From: Bacteroidota bacterium
GTDB taxonomy: Bacteria > Bacteroidota > Ignavibacteria > Kryptoniales > JAKASW01
Direction: 5' to 3'
NCBI GenBank assembly: GCA_021794075.1
Contig: JAJYRM010000008.1
Span: forward strand, 5,022 to 69,021
Length of the DNA: 64,000 bases
The position numbers were made by a program, and so were the translations under genes. Shown piece after piece: positions 1 through 9,318 of the stretch (positions are counted from its first letter, which is position 1; each line of letters starts with the position of its first letter). The notes beneath the pieces were generated by a model that saw only the letters and a program-made list of their open reading frames with translations, was not told the DNA's origin and did not search any database.

Positions 1-1686
1 TCGGACGGCAAACAACATTGGATCGCCGAGTTCTTGCGCAACATGCCGCGGGACAGCCGCTATCAAATAACATGGACACCTATTGACCGCAACAATCCGT
101 GTCTCCTCTGCCAGGGTGGAACGATCGAAGGTATAGGAGGAATTGCCGCTTCGAATAACCTCGAGCTTCTCCCTTATGCAATGGCGGCTCAGACGGGCAA
201 TGTGGAGGACGCAGAAGATCCCAATTCCAATTTCATTGGTGGTCCATTCAAAGGAAGGGCTGGAATCGGTTTGAAGTACGCGCCATCTTCGAACCTGGTA
301 CTCGGGGCAGTGGTGAATCCTGATTTCAGTCAGATTGAATCCGATGCGACTCAGATCAGCGTCAATAACACTTTCTCCATATTCTATCCTGAAAAGAGAC
401 CGTTCTTTCTGGAGGGCGCCGAACTCTTCGGGACTCTGGCGAGCGCCTTTTATTCGAGAATGATAAACAATCCGCTGGCCGCATCGAAGGTGACTCAGAA
501 ATCCGGATCGTTTTCCGTCGCTTATCTCGTTGCCTATGACAGGGAATCGCCCTTCATCGTTCCGGGCGAAGAGGGGAGCGATTTTGTCGGAACTTCTGAA
601 AAATCACTCAGCAATGTCGTCCGTGCCAAGTATGATTTCGGCAGTGAGTCTTTCATAGGCGGGCTTTTCACTTCAAGGAATTTCACTGCCGCCCACAACT
701 ATGTTGGTGGAGTCGACTGGAACGTACTGTTTCTGGGAAACTTTTATTTCGTGGGACAGGCGCTTGTGTCTGACACGAAGGAGCTGAACGCACTTTCGAT
801 TTTCGATGATCAGCGGCGCTACGGCGCGACGAGGTATACCGCGGCTTTCGACGGGGAAAGCTTCGGTGGGCGTGGCATGCAGGTCGACTTGAAGCGTAAT
901 GCCCGCGACTATTCTTTCGACCTTCAATACTCTTCAGTGTCGCCAACCTTTCAAGCTCAGGATGGGTTTGTGACTTCGACGAACAACCGGTACCTCTCTT
1001 ACTGGCAGGGCTATTGGCTGTATCCTCAGAATTCATTCATTGAGAATGCCTCCCTCCAAACTTCCTCGGGGCTGCATTTCAACGATACGGGTTTCCTGAA
1101 AGAGAAGTGGACAATGTTTGGGGTTCAACTGCAGCTGAAAGGCCAGACCTACGTTTGGATAGATTACTTCCCCCTGAATGACGAGATCTTCCATAGTGTT
1201 GGATTCAGCAGGATATATCGCACAGAGTTCACTATTAACTCTAATCCATTCAGCGAACTTTCGATATATTTCAACGGATCGATAGGAAGGTTCGTCTATC
1301 GAGAAGATGTGCCTGATCGTGGGAGAGGAAACAACTTTTCGCTTGAAGTCGTCCTGAAGCCTACCGACAAATTGACGGTGGACGTGTCGTATTCAAAATC
1401 GCGGCTTTGGTCAATGGACAATGCCCATCTCTTCTACGACGGCTACATAAGCCGCGGGGTCGTAGCTTATCAATTCTTTCAGCAGTTGTTTGTTAGGTTG
1501 ACGGGTCAGTACGATCAGTTCGCCAAGAAAATCCAGATTGATCCGCTCATAAGTTACAAACTGAGTCCTTTTACGGTTTTTTACGCCGGGTCCAATCATG
1601 GATTCACGAAATACTCCCTGCCATATGGGGTTCAAAGGACCGAGCAGCAGTTCTTTGTGAAAGTCCAATACCTCTGGCAGAGTTGA
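1..1686 (+). CDS. DUF5916-like (CBM9-associated) secreted/outer-membrane protein, 5'-truncated by window edge
   Basis: Frame 1 is open from nt 1, with no stop before the TTG at 34, so the gene continues upstream of the window. The motif NPDFSQIESDATQISVNNTFSIFYPEKRPFFLEGAELF matches my memory of DUF5916 proteins. The family name was not verified by search. Confidence 0.5.
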   Translation, partial: SDGKQHWIAEFLRNMPRDSRYQITWTPIDRNNPCLLCQGGTIEGIGGIAASNNLELLPYAMAAQTGNVEDAEDPNSNFIGGPFKGRAGIGLKYAPSSNLVLGAVVNPDFSQIESDATQISVNNTFSIFYPEKRPFFLEGAELFGTLASAFYSRMINNPLAASKVTQKSGSFSVAYLVAYDRESPFIVPGEEGSDFVGTSEKSLSNVVRAKYDFGSESFIGGLFTSRNFTAAHNYVGGVDWNVLFLGNFYFVGQALVSDTKELNALSIFDDQRRYGATRYTAAFDGESFGGRGMQVDLKRNARDYSFDLQYSSVSPTFQAQDGFVTSTNNRYLSYWQGYWLYPQNSFIENASLQTSSGLHFNDTGFLKEKWTMFGVQLQLKGQTYVWIDYFPLNDEIFHSVGFSRIYRTEFTINSNPFSELSIYFNGSIGRFVYREDVPDRGRGNNFSLEVVLKPTDKLTVDVSYSKSRLWSMDNAHLFYDGYISRGVVAYQFFQQLFVRLTGQYDQFAKKIQIDPLISYKLSPFTVFYAGSNHGFTKYSLPYGVQRTEQQFFVKVQYLWQS

Positions 1687-2139
1687 GTTCTCCGCAGGCT
1701 GATTTCAAGGAGGGCGAAGGAGGCAGCGAACTTGCCTGGATTGGCAAGGGGGTCGCGCAAAGAAATAGAGTGGACGTCCTTCCTGAGAGTCTGCTGGCGA
1801 CAGGACGGGGAGAAGATTTGCACGAGTTTGGCGTGGCTTCTTAGGGGAGTCTGATCTTGGGCGGCATCGATCTTGCTATCGGATCAGAAGCCGGATTAGC
1901 GGTTCATCATGCTGTTGACATTCATTATGGAATTACCGAGATTTTTTATGTAGTAAAAGTTGCATCGACACAAGCCTGGATACTCCGGACTAAAGAGTGT
2001 TGCAGCGTTCCATGCGATGCTCTATTCACATACCCGTCTGATACCAGCGTTGCTTCGGGCAGCGGCAGGAGTGGTACTGATATCGATGTCGATCTATAAC
2101 GACTTGACGATCATGGTATCAAAGAAGGGAGGGTACGAA

Positions 2140-2502
2140 ATGGAAGCCAAAAACCTGGCGATACTAAGGAACGAAATCTTCACCCGGGTTAGGTCAATAC
2201 TATACGAACGGTATGGGGAGTTCGTGCCTGACCCGCTGATTGAGAACGAATCGCAGGGGGAGACTGTTGTAAAGGCCATCAAGCGCGTCGAATCATTCAA
2301 GGCAGACGAGGATTTACTCGACTTATTCGAGGCGCTTGAGAAAGTTTTTTCGGGACGATACGGCTATTGCCTGTTTTGCAGGAAGGAAATAGAATTCTCG
2401 AAACTAATGAGAAACCCGCTGGCGAAGTTTTGCGATAGCTGCGAGCGCATACTGAACCCGAATTACGTTACGGGAGACGCGCAATCGGACGAAAAGCTTT
2501 AG
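2140..2502 (+). CDS. DksA/TraR-family C4 zinc-finger protein
   Basis: C-terminal CLFC-x17-CDSC four-cysteine finger. I moved the start to ATG 2140 because AGGGAGGG lies 6-8 nt upstream. The 60 upstream codons of the 1960 ORF look non-coding. Confidence 0.7.
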   Translation: MEAKNLAILRNEIFTRVRSILYERYGEFVPDPLIENESQGETVVKAIKRVESFKADEDLLDLFEALEKVFSGRYGYCLFCRKEIEFSKLMRNPLAKFCDSCERILNPNYVTGDAQSDEKL

Positions 2503-2571
2503 CTCCATGCGTGGGAAATCGTCGTCATGGATTGGGCTGTTTCATTATTCTGCAGAACGAATCCGCGCGCG

Positions 2572-3633
2572 CTAGTGAACTGGTACAGCCGGCATCAGCG
2601 CCGAGGTGAGCGCGGACGCGATTTCATCGAGTGGCAGGACAGCGTCTGCAAGTTCAGCATCCACTATAGATTTCGGCATGCCGTAAACCACGGAAGTCTC
2701 CTCGTCCTGCGCGATAATTCTACCGCCCGATTCCTTTATCAATCTCGCCCCCTCGAGTCCGTCGTGACCCATCCCGGTCATCACCGCCGCGAGCACGCGT
2801 CCCCCGAACACTTCGTTCGCTGATGAGAACATTACATCAACTGAAGGGCGATGGAGCGTGTCGCCCGGATCTTTCGAGATGACAATCTTCGGAAGACCGC
2901 CGGTTCTTGTGAACTTCATATGAAGCCCGCCGGGCGCGATGTATACTTTTCCGCTGCTCAAATTCATACCGTCTTCCGCTTCGCATACCTCCAGCCGGCT
3001 GATCGAGTCGAGTCTTTCCGCGAGTGATTTTGTAAACTGCGGCGGCATATGCTGAACGATCGCGACGGGGACGGGGAAATCCACAGGAAGCGAAGGAATG
3101 ACTTTCTGGAGAGAGAACGGCCCGCCCGTGGAAATGCCGATGGTGACGATCTGGGTGCCGGATGTCTTCAGCTGCGACGGTCTGGGAAAATTCGATATCC
3201 TGTTTGTAAGATGCGTCGAGAATTGTCCGAACCTGCTTCGCGTGATCGCCTTTACTTTTGAAATAAGCTCGCCCTTGATCTTTGTGATATCCAGCGAGAC
3301 ATATGAGAGTTGCTTCGGTATGAAATCCACTGCTCCCGCCGAGAGCGCGTCTATTGTCGCGCGGGCGCCTTCGACGGTGAGAGAGCTAACCATGAGGACA
3401 GGAAGAGGGTTTTCGCGCATGATCTTCTTTAGCGCGGTGATCCCGTCCATCCGGGGCATCTCGACATCGAGAGTCATTAAATCAGGATGGAGCAGCTTCA
3501 CTTTCTCAATCGCGTCGATCCCATCCCTCGCGGTACCGACAACATCTATTTCTGGATCGTCTCCAAGCATCATGGATATAGCCTTGCGCATGAACGCGGA
3601 GTCATCGACAACGAGCACTCTGATCGTAGACAT
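2572..3633 (-). CDS. cheB: Chemotaxis protein-glutamate methylesterase CheB (REC + methylesterase)
   Basis: N-terminal receiver (IRVLVVDDSAFMRK, LMTLDVEMPRMDG) and a C-terminal CheB esterase domain (GISTGGP, VQHMP, GMGHDG). Start taken at MSTIRV; its ATG lies 1 nt after the cheA stop. Confidence 0.93.
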   Translation of the reverse strand: MSTIRVLVVDDSAFMRKAISMMLGDDPEIDVVGTARDGIDAIEKVKLLHPDLMTLDVEMPRMDGITALKKIMRENPLPVLMVSSLTVEGARATIDALSAGAVDFIPKQLSYVSLDITKIKGELISKVKAITRSRFGQFSTHLTNRISNFPRPSQLKTSGTQIVTIGISTGGPFSLQKVIPSLPVDFPVPVAIVQHMPPQFTKSLAERLDSISRLEVCEAEDGMNLSSGKVYIAPGGLHMKFTRTGGLPKIVISKDPGDTLHRPSVDVMFSSANEVFGGRVLAAVMTGMGHDGLEGARLIKESGGRIIAQDEETSVVYGMPKSIVDAELADAVLPLDEIASALTSALMPAVPVH

Positions 3634-3634
3634 T

Positions 3635-5458
3635 TCAGGCTCTCGCTTCGCTCGTTGTGGCGGCCTTTGTCGATTTCTCGACGAGACGCAAAAGCTCGCC
3701 CGCATCGATTATCATGATTACTCTGCCGTCGCCCAATATCGTGGAACCTGCTATTCCGGGAATGTTCTTCAGGTAAGCGCCGAGAGGCTTTATCACGATT
3801 TCTTTCTGACCAATCAGCCGGTCAACCACAATTCCGAATTTCTTGTTTGCCACACCGACGACGACGGTGTAAAACGCCTTGACACCCGTGTCTCTTCCTG
3901 GAACATTGAGTATTTCTGAAATGTCAACAAGCGGCAGGACCGTCTCCCGCAATCTGATCACTTCACGACCGTTTACCGTTGAGACTTCGGAGCGGGAAGT
4001 GCGGACAACTTCGAGAACCGAGCTTAAAGGTACGGCAAAAGTTTCGCCTCCGACCCCGACAAGGAGCCCCTGGATGATTGCCAGCGTGAGAGGGAGTTTC
4101 AGCGTAAATCTTGTCCCTTTGCCCACTTCGGATTCAACAGTGATTATGCCGTTCAATTTGGTGATGTTTGTCTTCACTACATCCATGCCCACCCCGCGTC
4201 CGGAGACGCTGCTCACTCTTTGAGCGGTGCTGAAGCCGGGTAGGAAAATCAGGCCATAGGTATCCTCTGTCTTCATGTCGTGCGCTTCTTCCGGCGTGAT
4301 GATCCCTTTTTCAATCGCCTTCTGTTTGAGTTTCTCCGGATCAATTCCGGCGCCGTCGTCCCTCACTTCAATTATAACATGATTACCCTCGTGTCCCGCT
4401 GAAAGGCTTATTGTTCCTTGCCGCGTCTTGCCCGATTTTTCCCTGACGTCTGCGGATTCAACTCCATGATCGGCGGCGTTCCTGATCAAATGCACGAGCG
4501 GGTCGCTGATTTCTTCGATAATCGATTTGTCGAGTTCGGTTTCCTCACCGCTGATAACGAGGCTTATCTCCTTGGAAAATTCGCGGGCGATGTCGCGCAC
4601 GAGTCTTGGAAACCTGTTGAAGACCCTCCCTATCTGGACCATCCTCGTTTTCATTACAGCTGTCTGAAGTTCCGTCGTAATAAAATCTATCTGTGCCGCC
4701 GTGTCATTAAGTTGATGAGAGAAGTCTTCGCGGCCATCCTCGTTCCTGTCGAGGGAGACAATCTGGGAAAGCCGGTTCCTGCCGAGCACCAGCTCTCCGA
4801 CGAGATTCATGAGATGGTCGAGTCGTTGAACATCAACCCTTATCGTAGTGTCGGTGATATTCTTCTCGCTCTTCGGTGGCTGCAAGTGTTGTGGCTGCGT
4901 TCCTTGCTCGGTCTGATGAGATTCGCTTGGCCTTGGGGAAGAGGTATCTTCAAGTGTCTCGGCTGCCGGTTCCTGTTTCGCGGCCTGCGATGCAGAAGGG
5001 ATGTCTTTGGCCTCGCTTGGTTCAGTTTTCGCGGCAGGCTGGCTGGAAGGGAGTTCTCCTTTAGAAAGGATCTCCAGCTTCTTTATCGTCGGGGTGAGAT
5101 CGATGTCGCTGATGTTCTGGTCTACAACTTGTTTCAACAAGACCTTCATCAGGTCGAAAGCTTCAAGCATCACGTCGAGCATCGCGGGCTGGAAGGAAAT
5201 TTCGCCTCGTCGCATCTTATTTAATACGTCTTCGAACCTGTGCGCGAGAACGCTCATCTGTTCGAAGCTGAGGAAGCCTGCGGTTCCTTTTACGGTATGT
5301 ACGGCGCGGAAGATGGAGTTAATGAGCTCTTTGTCATCCGGTCTCTTTTCAATCTCAAGGAGCTCATTGTCGAGCTTTTCAAATATTTCGTTGGTCTCTA
5401 CGATAAAGCTCTCTACAATTTCCTTCATATCGTCCGAGAACATCGCGTGCTGCGCCAT
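3635..5458 (-). CDS. cheA: Chemotaxis histidine kinase CheA
   Basis: HPt (HTVKGTAGFL), dimerisation region (RVDVQRLDHLMNLVGELV), HATPase (NAADHG, DDGAGI, GRGVGMDVV) and a C-terminal CheW-like domain. The P2 position is occupied by a low-complexity linker. Confidence 0.95.
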   Translation of the reverse strand: MAQHAMFSDDMKEIVESFIVETNEIFEKLDNELLEIEKRPDDKELINSIFRAVHTVKGTAGFLSFEQMSVLAHRFEDVLNKMRRGEISFQPAMLDVMLEAFDLMKVLLKQVVDQNISDIDLTPTIKKLEILSKGELPSSQPAAKTEPSEAKDIPSASQAAKQEPAAETLEDTSSPRPSESHQTEQGTQPQHLQPPKSEKNITDTTIRVDVQRLDHLMNLVGELVLGRNRLSQIVSLDRNEDGREDFSHQLNDTAAQIDFITTELQTAVMKTRMVQIGRVFNRFPRLVRDIAREFSKEISLVISGEETELDKSIIEEISDPLVHLIRNAADHGVESADVREKSGKTRQGTISLSAGHEGNHVIIEVRDDGAGIDPEKLKQKAIEKGIITPEEAHDMKTEDTYGLIFLPGFSTAQRVSSVSGRGVGMDVVKTNITKLNGIITVESEVGKGTRFTLKLPLTLAIIQGLLVGVGGETFAVPLSSVLEVVRTSRSEVSTVNGREVIRLRETVLPLVDISEILNVPGRDTGVKAFYTVVVGVANKKFGIVVDRLIGQKEIVIKPLGAYLKNIPGIAGSTILGDGRVIMIIDAGELLRLVEKSTKAATTSEARA

Positions 5459-5464
5459 TTCGAT

Positions 5465-6295
5465 TCAAGCCCCCTTACCGAACAATTTGTCTATTTCATC
5501 CTGTGATGTGTGGCCGGAACCGGTCTTGCTGGGCGGAGCCTTAGGAGGCGTCGTATCTCCAACTGACTGCACAACATGGTCCGCATCCCGCTGCGCGTTT
5601 CCGGATCTGTCGTACGTTGCGAGAGGATCAAATGTCCGCCCGTCCACTTTCTCGATTTCAGAGATTAGATCTGCCCCGGATATCTTGAATCTGTCGATAA
5701 GGTTAGCCAGCCTGTCCTGCACTGACTGAATCAAGTGGTTGACCGACGCGATTTGTTGAGAGGTGATATCCTGCACCTGGAGTGAGATCATTATGTCATT
5801 GGCCTTGTTGCGTATGTCCTGGAGACTGTCCTGAAGTCCGCCGGCGTTGGACCTGAGGGCCCTGATGTGATAGTCCTTCTGCTCATGTATTTCCGTGAGC
5901 TTTGCGAGCAGCTCGGAGTTACTCCCCTTCAGGGACGATTTCAGCATCTTGAGTTCCTGTTCGTCCAGGCTCTCTACCGCAGCCAGGTCGTTCGTAGCGG
6001 TCTGGAAATGGGAACCGATGGCGTTAAGCTTGGAGAGAACGCCGTCGAGGTTGTCCAGTATTTCAGTCGTGGCAAGCTCAGTCGCTTGTGTGACCTTGTT
6101 GAGCTGAGAAGATGCGCGCGGCATTTTGTTCGCGCTTTCATAAATTGATTCGTTTATTTCTTCGAGCACGGGAACTATGTCGTTGACGAAGTAAAATAGT
6201 TCTTCCAGAAACGGTATTACTCTTTGACCGAATATGAAGAGCGCGCGCAGCTCATTTATTTTGTCCAGGATTCCACCGAGATTTTTGGTGTTCAT
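5465..6295 (-). CDS. cheZ: CheZ-like CheY-P phosphatase (remote homologue)
   Basis: SLQVQDITSQQI matches the CheZ catalytic QDxTGQ-type motif (E. coli FQDLTGQ). The C-terminal SQDEIDKLF resembles the CheY-binding tail of E. coli CheZ (SQDQVDDLL). The gene sits between cheY and cheA, as in cheY-cheZ-cheA-cheB clusters. Confidence 0.55.
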   Translation of the reverse strand: MNTKNLGGILDKINELRALFIFGQRVIPFLEELFYFVNDIVPVLEEINESIYESANKMPRASSQLNKVTQATELATTEILDNLDGVLSKLNAIGSHFQTATNDLAAVESLDEQELKMLKSSLKGSNSELLAKLTEIHEQKDYHIRALRSNAGGLQDSLQDIRNKANDIMISLQVQDITSQQIASVNHLIQSVQDRLANLIDRFKISGADLISEIEKVDGRTFDPLATYDRSGNAQRDADHVVQSVGDTTPPKAPPSKTGSGHTSQDEIDKLFGKGA

Positions 6296-6304
6296 GATTC
6301 CCCT

Positions 6305-6676
6305 CTATAAAGTCGTTTTCAAGATTTGGTCGATTTTTTCTTTCAACACCTGAGGAGTAAACGGTTTCACAACATAGTTGTTTACTCTGGCCTGCAAAGC
6401 TTCCATCACGTCTTCTTTCATTCCTCTGGTGGTGACCATAAGGATGGGCAGGTTGAGGAACTGGTCGTCCGAGCGCACGGCTTTCGTGAATTCCAACCCG
6501 CTCATGTTCGGCATGTTCCAATCTGTGATCACAAAGTCGATCTTATCCACATAGAGTTTCGTTAGCGCATCCTTACCGTCTTCAGCTTCGACTATATCAT
6601 CATAGCCGATCCCCTTGAGGGCATTGTTGACGATCCGACGCATCGTCTGAGAGTCGTCAACTACGAGGAATTTCAT
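6305..6676 (-). CDS. cheY: Chemotaxis response regulator CheY
   Basis: Single REC domain with canonical residues: VVDDS, ITDWNMPNMSG, MVTT, VVKPF. Confidence 0.9.
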   Translation of the reverse strand: MKFLVVDDSQTMRRIVNNALKGIGYDDIVEAEDGKDALTKLYVDKIDFVITDWNMPNMSGLEFTKAVRSDDQFLNLPILMVTTRGMKEDVMEALQARVNNYVVKPFTPQVLKEKIDQILKTTL

Positions 6677-6687
6677 GGGCGTTCTCC

Positions 6688-7053
6688 TTAGTTAATGTAT
6701 TTTGCAACTTCGTATTGAATTCTTTTTTGATCGAATGGTTTAACGATATAAGAGTTGGCTCCCAGCTGCATGCCCGTCTCGACATCGTTTTCGTTGCTCA
6801 AGGAAGACAGAATTATGACGGGCACGTCCGAATACTCGCTGTCTTCGCGCAAGGCCTTGAGAAATTCGAAACCATCCATGTTAGGCATGTTCAGGTCTGT
6901 GATGACGAGGTCGACCTTGTTTTGCGAGAGTTTCTCGAGCGCGTCCATGCCGTCTCTCGCAGCGACTACGAGGAGGCCGAGGGACCGCAGAGCGAAGACC
7001 AAAAATTTCCTGACTGATTCGGAATCGTCGACTATCATTACAACTTTTTTCAC
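6688..7053 (-). CDS. Second CheY-like single-domain response regulator
   Basis: REC domain (IVDDSESVRK, ITDLNMPNMDG, ILSS, IVKPF), in tandem with cheY. Confidence 0.85.
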   Translation of the reverse strand: MKKVVMIVDDSESVRKFLVFALRSLGLLVVAARDGMDALEKLSQNKVDLVITDLNMPNMDGFEFLKALREDSEYSDVPVIILSSLSNENDVETGMQLGANSYIVKPFDQKRIQYEVAKYIN

Positions 7054-7059
7054 TTCACC

Positions 7060-7932
7060 TCACTCCTTTCGATACGCGATTGCTTTCTCGAAGTGCACGG
7101 GCTTCAACGCCTGAGATAAGCCGTATAGAGTCTCCGAGTAACCGACAAAGAAGTAGCCTCCCTTGTTTAGGCTGTTATATACTGATGAGACCACGCTCTC
7201 TTTTGAATTGTAATCGAAGTAGATCAATACGTTCGCGGCGATGACTACATCGAAGTCCCTCATCAGTCTCATTGAGGCCTTGTCGAAGAGATTGAGCTGT
7301 CTGTACTCGACCATCTTCTTGACTTCTTCGCCCAGAAAGTACTTGTCGCCCTCGTGCTTGAAGTACTTGTGTCTGTATTCCATAGGTATGTTGCGTATCG
7401 AGTATTCCTTATAGATGCCCCTCTTTGCAACATCGAGGACCTGTGTGTTTATATCGGTGCCGACGATTTCAAACTTAATCGCCGGAAAACGCGGCTGGAA
7501 TTTCTCTCTTATGATTAGGGCCAGAGTGTAAGGTTCTTCCCCCGACGAAGCGGCAGCGCTCCAGAGCCGTATTCGATTAATGCCATTCTGCCTGCGCTGC
7601 ATGATGAGCTGCGGGAGGATGTGATTTTCTATAGCGGCGAACTGCGGCTCATTCCTGAAGAAGAAGGTCTCGTTAATTGTGATGTTGTTAATAAGGTGTG
7701 GGAGCTCACTGGATCCGGAGCCGTTCATCAACGCCCGGTAATAGTCTTCGAATGAGCCGATGCCGAGCGCGGAGAGCCTTCGATTTACGCGGCTTTCGAG
7801 AAGATACTTCTTGTTGTCGGCGAAGAAGATGCCGGTCCGCTCATATATGTACGTCCGCAGCCGTCTGAACAAATCTTCCGCCAGGGAGATGCTTTGAGAA
7901 TGAATAGTATTTGGAGATGAAAAGTAACTCAT
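7060..7932 (-). CDS. cheR: Chemotaxis methyltransferase CheR
   Basis: CheR N-terminal helical domain plus a SAM-dependent methyltransferase domain (IRLWSAAASSGEEPYTLA, VIAANVLIYFD). Confidence 0.92.
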   Translation of the reverse strand: MSYFSSPNTIHSQSISLAEDLFRRLRTYIYERTGIFFADNKKYLLESRVNRRLSALGIGSFEDYYRALMNGSGSSELPHLINNITINETFFFRNEPQFAAIENHILPQLIMQRRQNGINRIRLWSAAASSGEEPYTLALIIREKFQPRFPAIKFEIVGTDINTQVLDVAKRGIYKEYSIRNIPMEYRHKYFKHEGDKYFLGEEVKKMVEYRQLNLFDKASMRLMRDFDVVIAANVLIYFDYNSKESVVSSVYNSLNKGGYFFVGYSETLYGLSQALKPVHFEKAIAYRKE

Positions 7933-7941
7933 CGGCCTGGT

Positions 7942-9312
7942 CTAATTCCTCCGGCTCGAGGTTAATTGAGTTACCAGAATTATTGCCGCTGATCTTATCT
8001 CCACGTCGTCATCGCTCGTCAGCATGTCGAGCTCTTTCTCAAACAAACGCGGGCCGAGTTTCGCCGCCAATTCGATTGCTAGCATTTTGACGGCAGTCTC
8101 GGGGTCTGCGAGACTTGCTCTGACCAACTCTTGCGCCCAGACATTTCCATACGCGAAACATTTGCTAAGGGCGATGATTCGTGTCTCGACATCCAGTTCG
8201 CTCAGGTGTTTGCCGATGAACGCGGCTATCGCGCGCGTCTCGTTGTTGTCCGGGAAACCGAAGCCTGTGTCGCTGAGGTTTTGAATCAATAGCACAACCA
8301 TCTTTATCGTTGGCAAAGGATTGTCGGCTGCCAGAGCCTGTGTCAGCGCGATCTTGACCGATTTCTGAGCCTGCGCGGTGAGAACCGGCAAAATGGCCGA
8401 GTCTATAGAATCGGCTTTCCCAATGTGGCTTATTAGGGCGGCAAGAACTTCGTCGTCCACAAGACACGCGAGTCCGCGAACGGCAGCCCTGACGTATGTG
8501 GGGTCAGGGTCATCCAACATATCGAGCAGGTCAGGCTTAAGTGATGCGGGCATCTTCTCCGATTTATCCGCCGATTCGAAAAGGACAACGAGTGAATGAA
8601 GAATTACAGGCTTTGCCAGCCCTGAGACCTGGTTCAGCTTTTCCAGAAGGATGTCGGTCGTCTCACGGTCCTTGCGAGAGGAGAGCGCGTCGGCGGCCGC
8701 AAGCTGAACAATCGGGTCGTTATCCGAAAGAGCTTTAACAAAAAACTTAAGGTCCGAGTCGCCCTGGATCTTGGCCGCCGCGCTTACAATATTGGGCCTC
8801 GCGTATTCGGCTTCGTCGTACAACTCGAGGAGTTCACTAACGTATTGGTTGGCGTGGAGAGCACCGAGCGCGTCTACCGAAGCGCATACCACGTTCTGAT
8901 CGGTATCACGCAAGTGAGCCGCAATTTTCTCCACGCTTTCGGGGGCGGCCGGGAGCTGGGCGAGGATATCGATCGCGAATTTTCTTACATCCTTATCGGC
9001 GGAATCGATGTAGGGAAGGAGCGCGTTGACCGCCACCCCCTGCATCCTGACGAGCGCATCCCCCGCGAGGTTCCTCACGGCGATATTCATGCTTTGTATA
9101 TGAGAAGCGGTCAACGAAGCTGCCTTTTCGTTGAGACAGAGCACGAGGACATGCGAAGCAGCTTCCCTAACTCCTCGGTCCGGGTCTGTCAGAAGATATG
9201 CTGCGGCTTCTATAACCCGATCATCCTCTGAGTAGTCGTACAATGCTTCGAGCGCGTTCCTTTTACCCGAAGGATCCTGCGTGTGCAGCTGTTCGATCAA
9301 TTCGTCAATCAT
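7942..9312 (-). CDS. HEAT-repeat (PBS-lyase-like) protein
   Basis: Repeated D-x-D/N-x-x-VR-x-x-A units, for example DPDRGVREAASHVL, SADKDVRKFAIDIL, DTDQNVVCASVDAL, DNDPIVQLAAADAL, DPDPTYVRAAVRGL and DDDVEIRSAAIIL. Confidence 0.75.
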   Translation of the reverse strand: MIDELIEQLHTQDPSGKRNALEALYDYSEDDRVIEAAAYLLTDPDRGVREAASHVLVLCLNEKAASLTASHIQSMNIAVRNLAGDALVRMQGVAVNALLPYIDSADKDVRKFAIDILAQLPAAPESVEKIAAHLRDTDQNVVCASVDALGALHANQYVSELLELYDEAEYARPNIVSAAAKIQGDSDLKFFVKALSDNDPIVQLAAADALSSRKDRETTDILLEKLNQVSGLAKPVILHSLVVLFESADKSEKMPASLKPDLLDMLDDPDPTYVRAAVRGLACLVDDEVLAALISHIGKADSIDSAILPVLTAQAQKSVKIALTQALAADNPLPTIKMVVLLIQNLSDTGFGFPDNNETRAIAAFIGKHLSELDVETRIIALSKCFAYGNVWAQELVRASLADPETAVKMLAIELAAKLGPRLFEKELDMLTSDDDVEIRSAAIILVTQLTSSRRN

Positions 9313-9318
9313 AATAGC

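Noticed and set aside
1960-2139. N-terminal 60-codon extension of the DksA/TraR ORF, and the overlapping 1857-2099 ORF
   Set aside because: The extension has no SD and an odd composition. A strong AGGGAGGG SD precedes ATG 2140 and gives a normal ~120-aa DksA/TraR-size protein.
1687-2139. 450-nt gap checked for a tRNA or small RNA gene
   Set aside because: No acceptor, D-loop or T-loop (GTTCGAATC-like) signatures and no convincing terminator. Nothing could be supported.
3098-3919. 273-aa plus-strand ORF antisense to cheB/cheA
   Set aside because: It overlaps the cheA-cheB junction on the opposite strand. Low-complexity Ser/Ile-rich translation with no motif. Shadow ORF.
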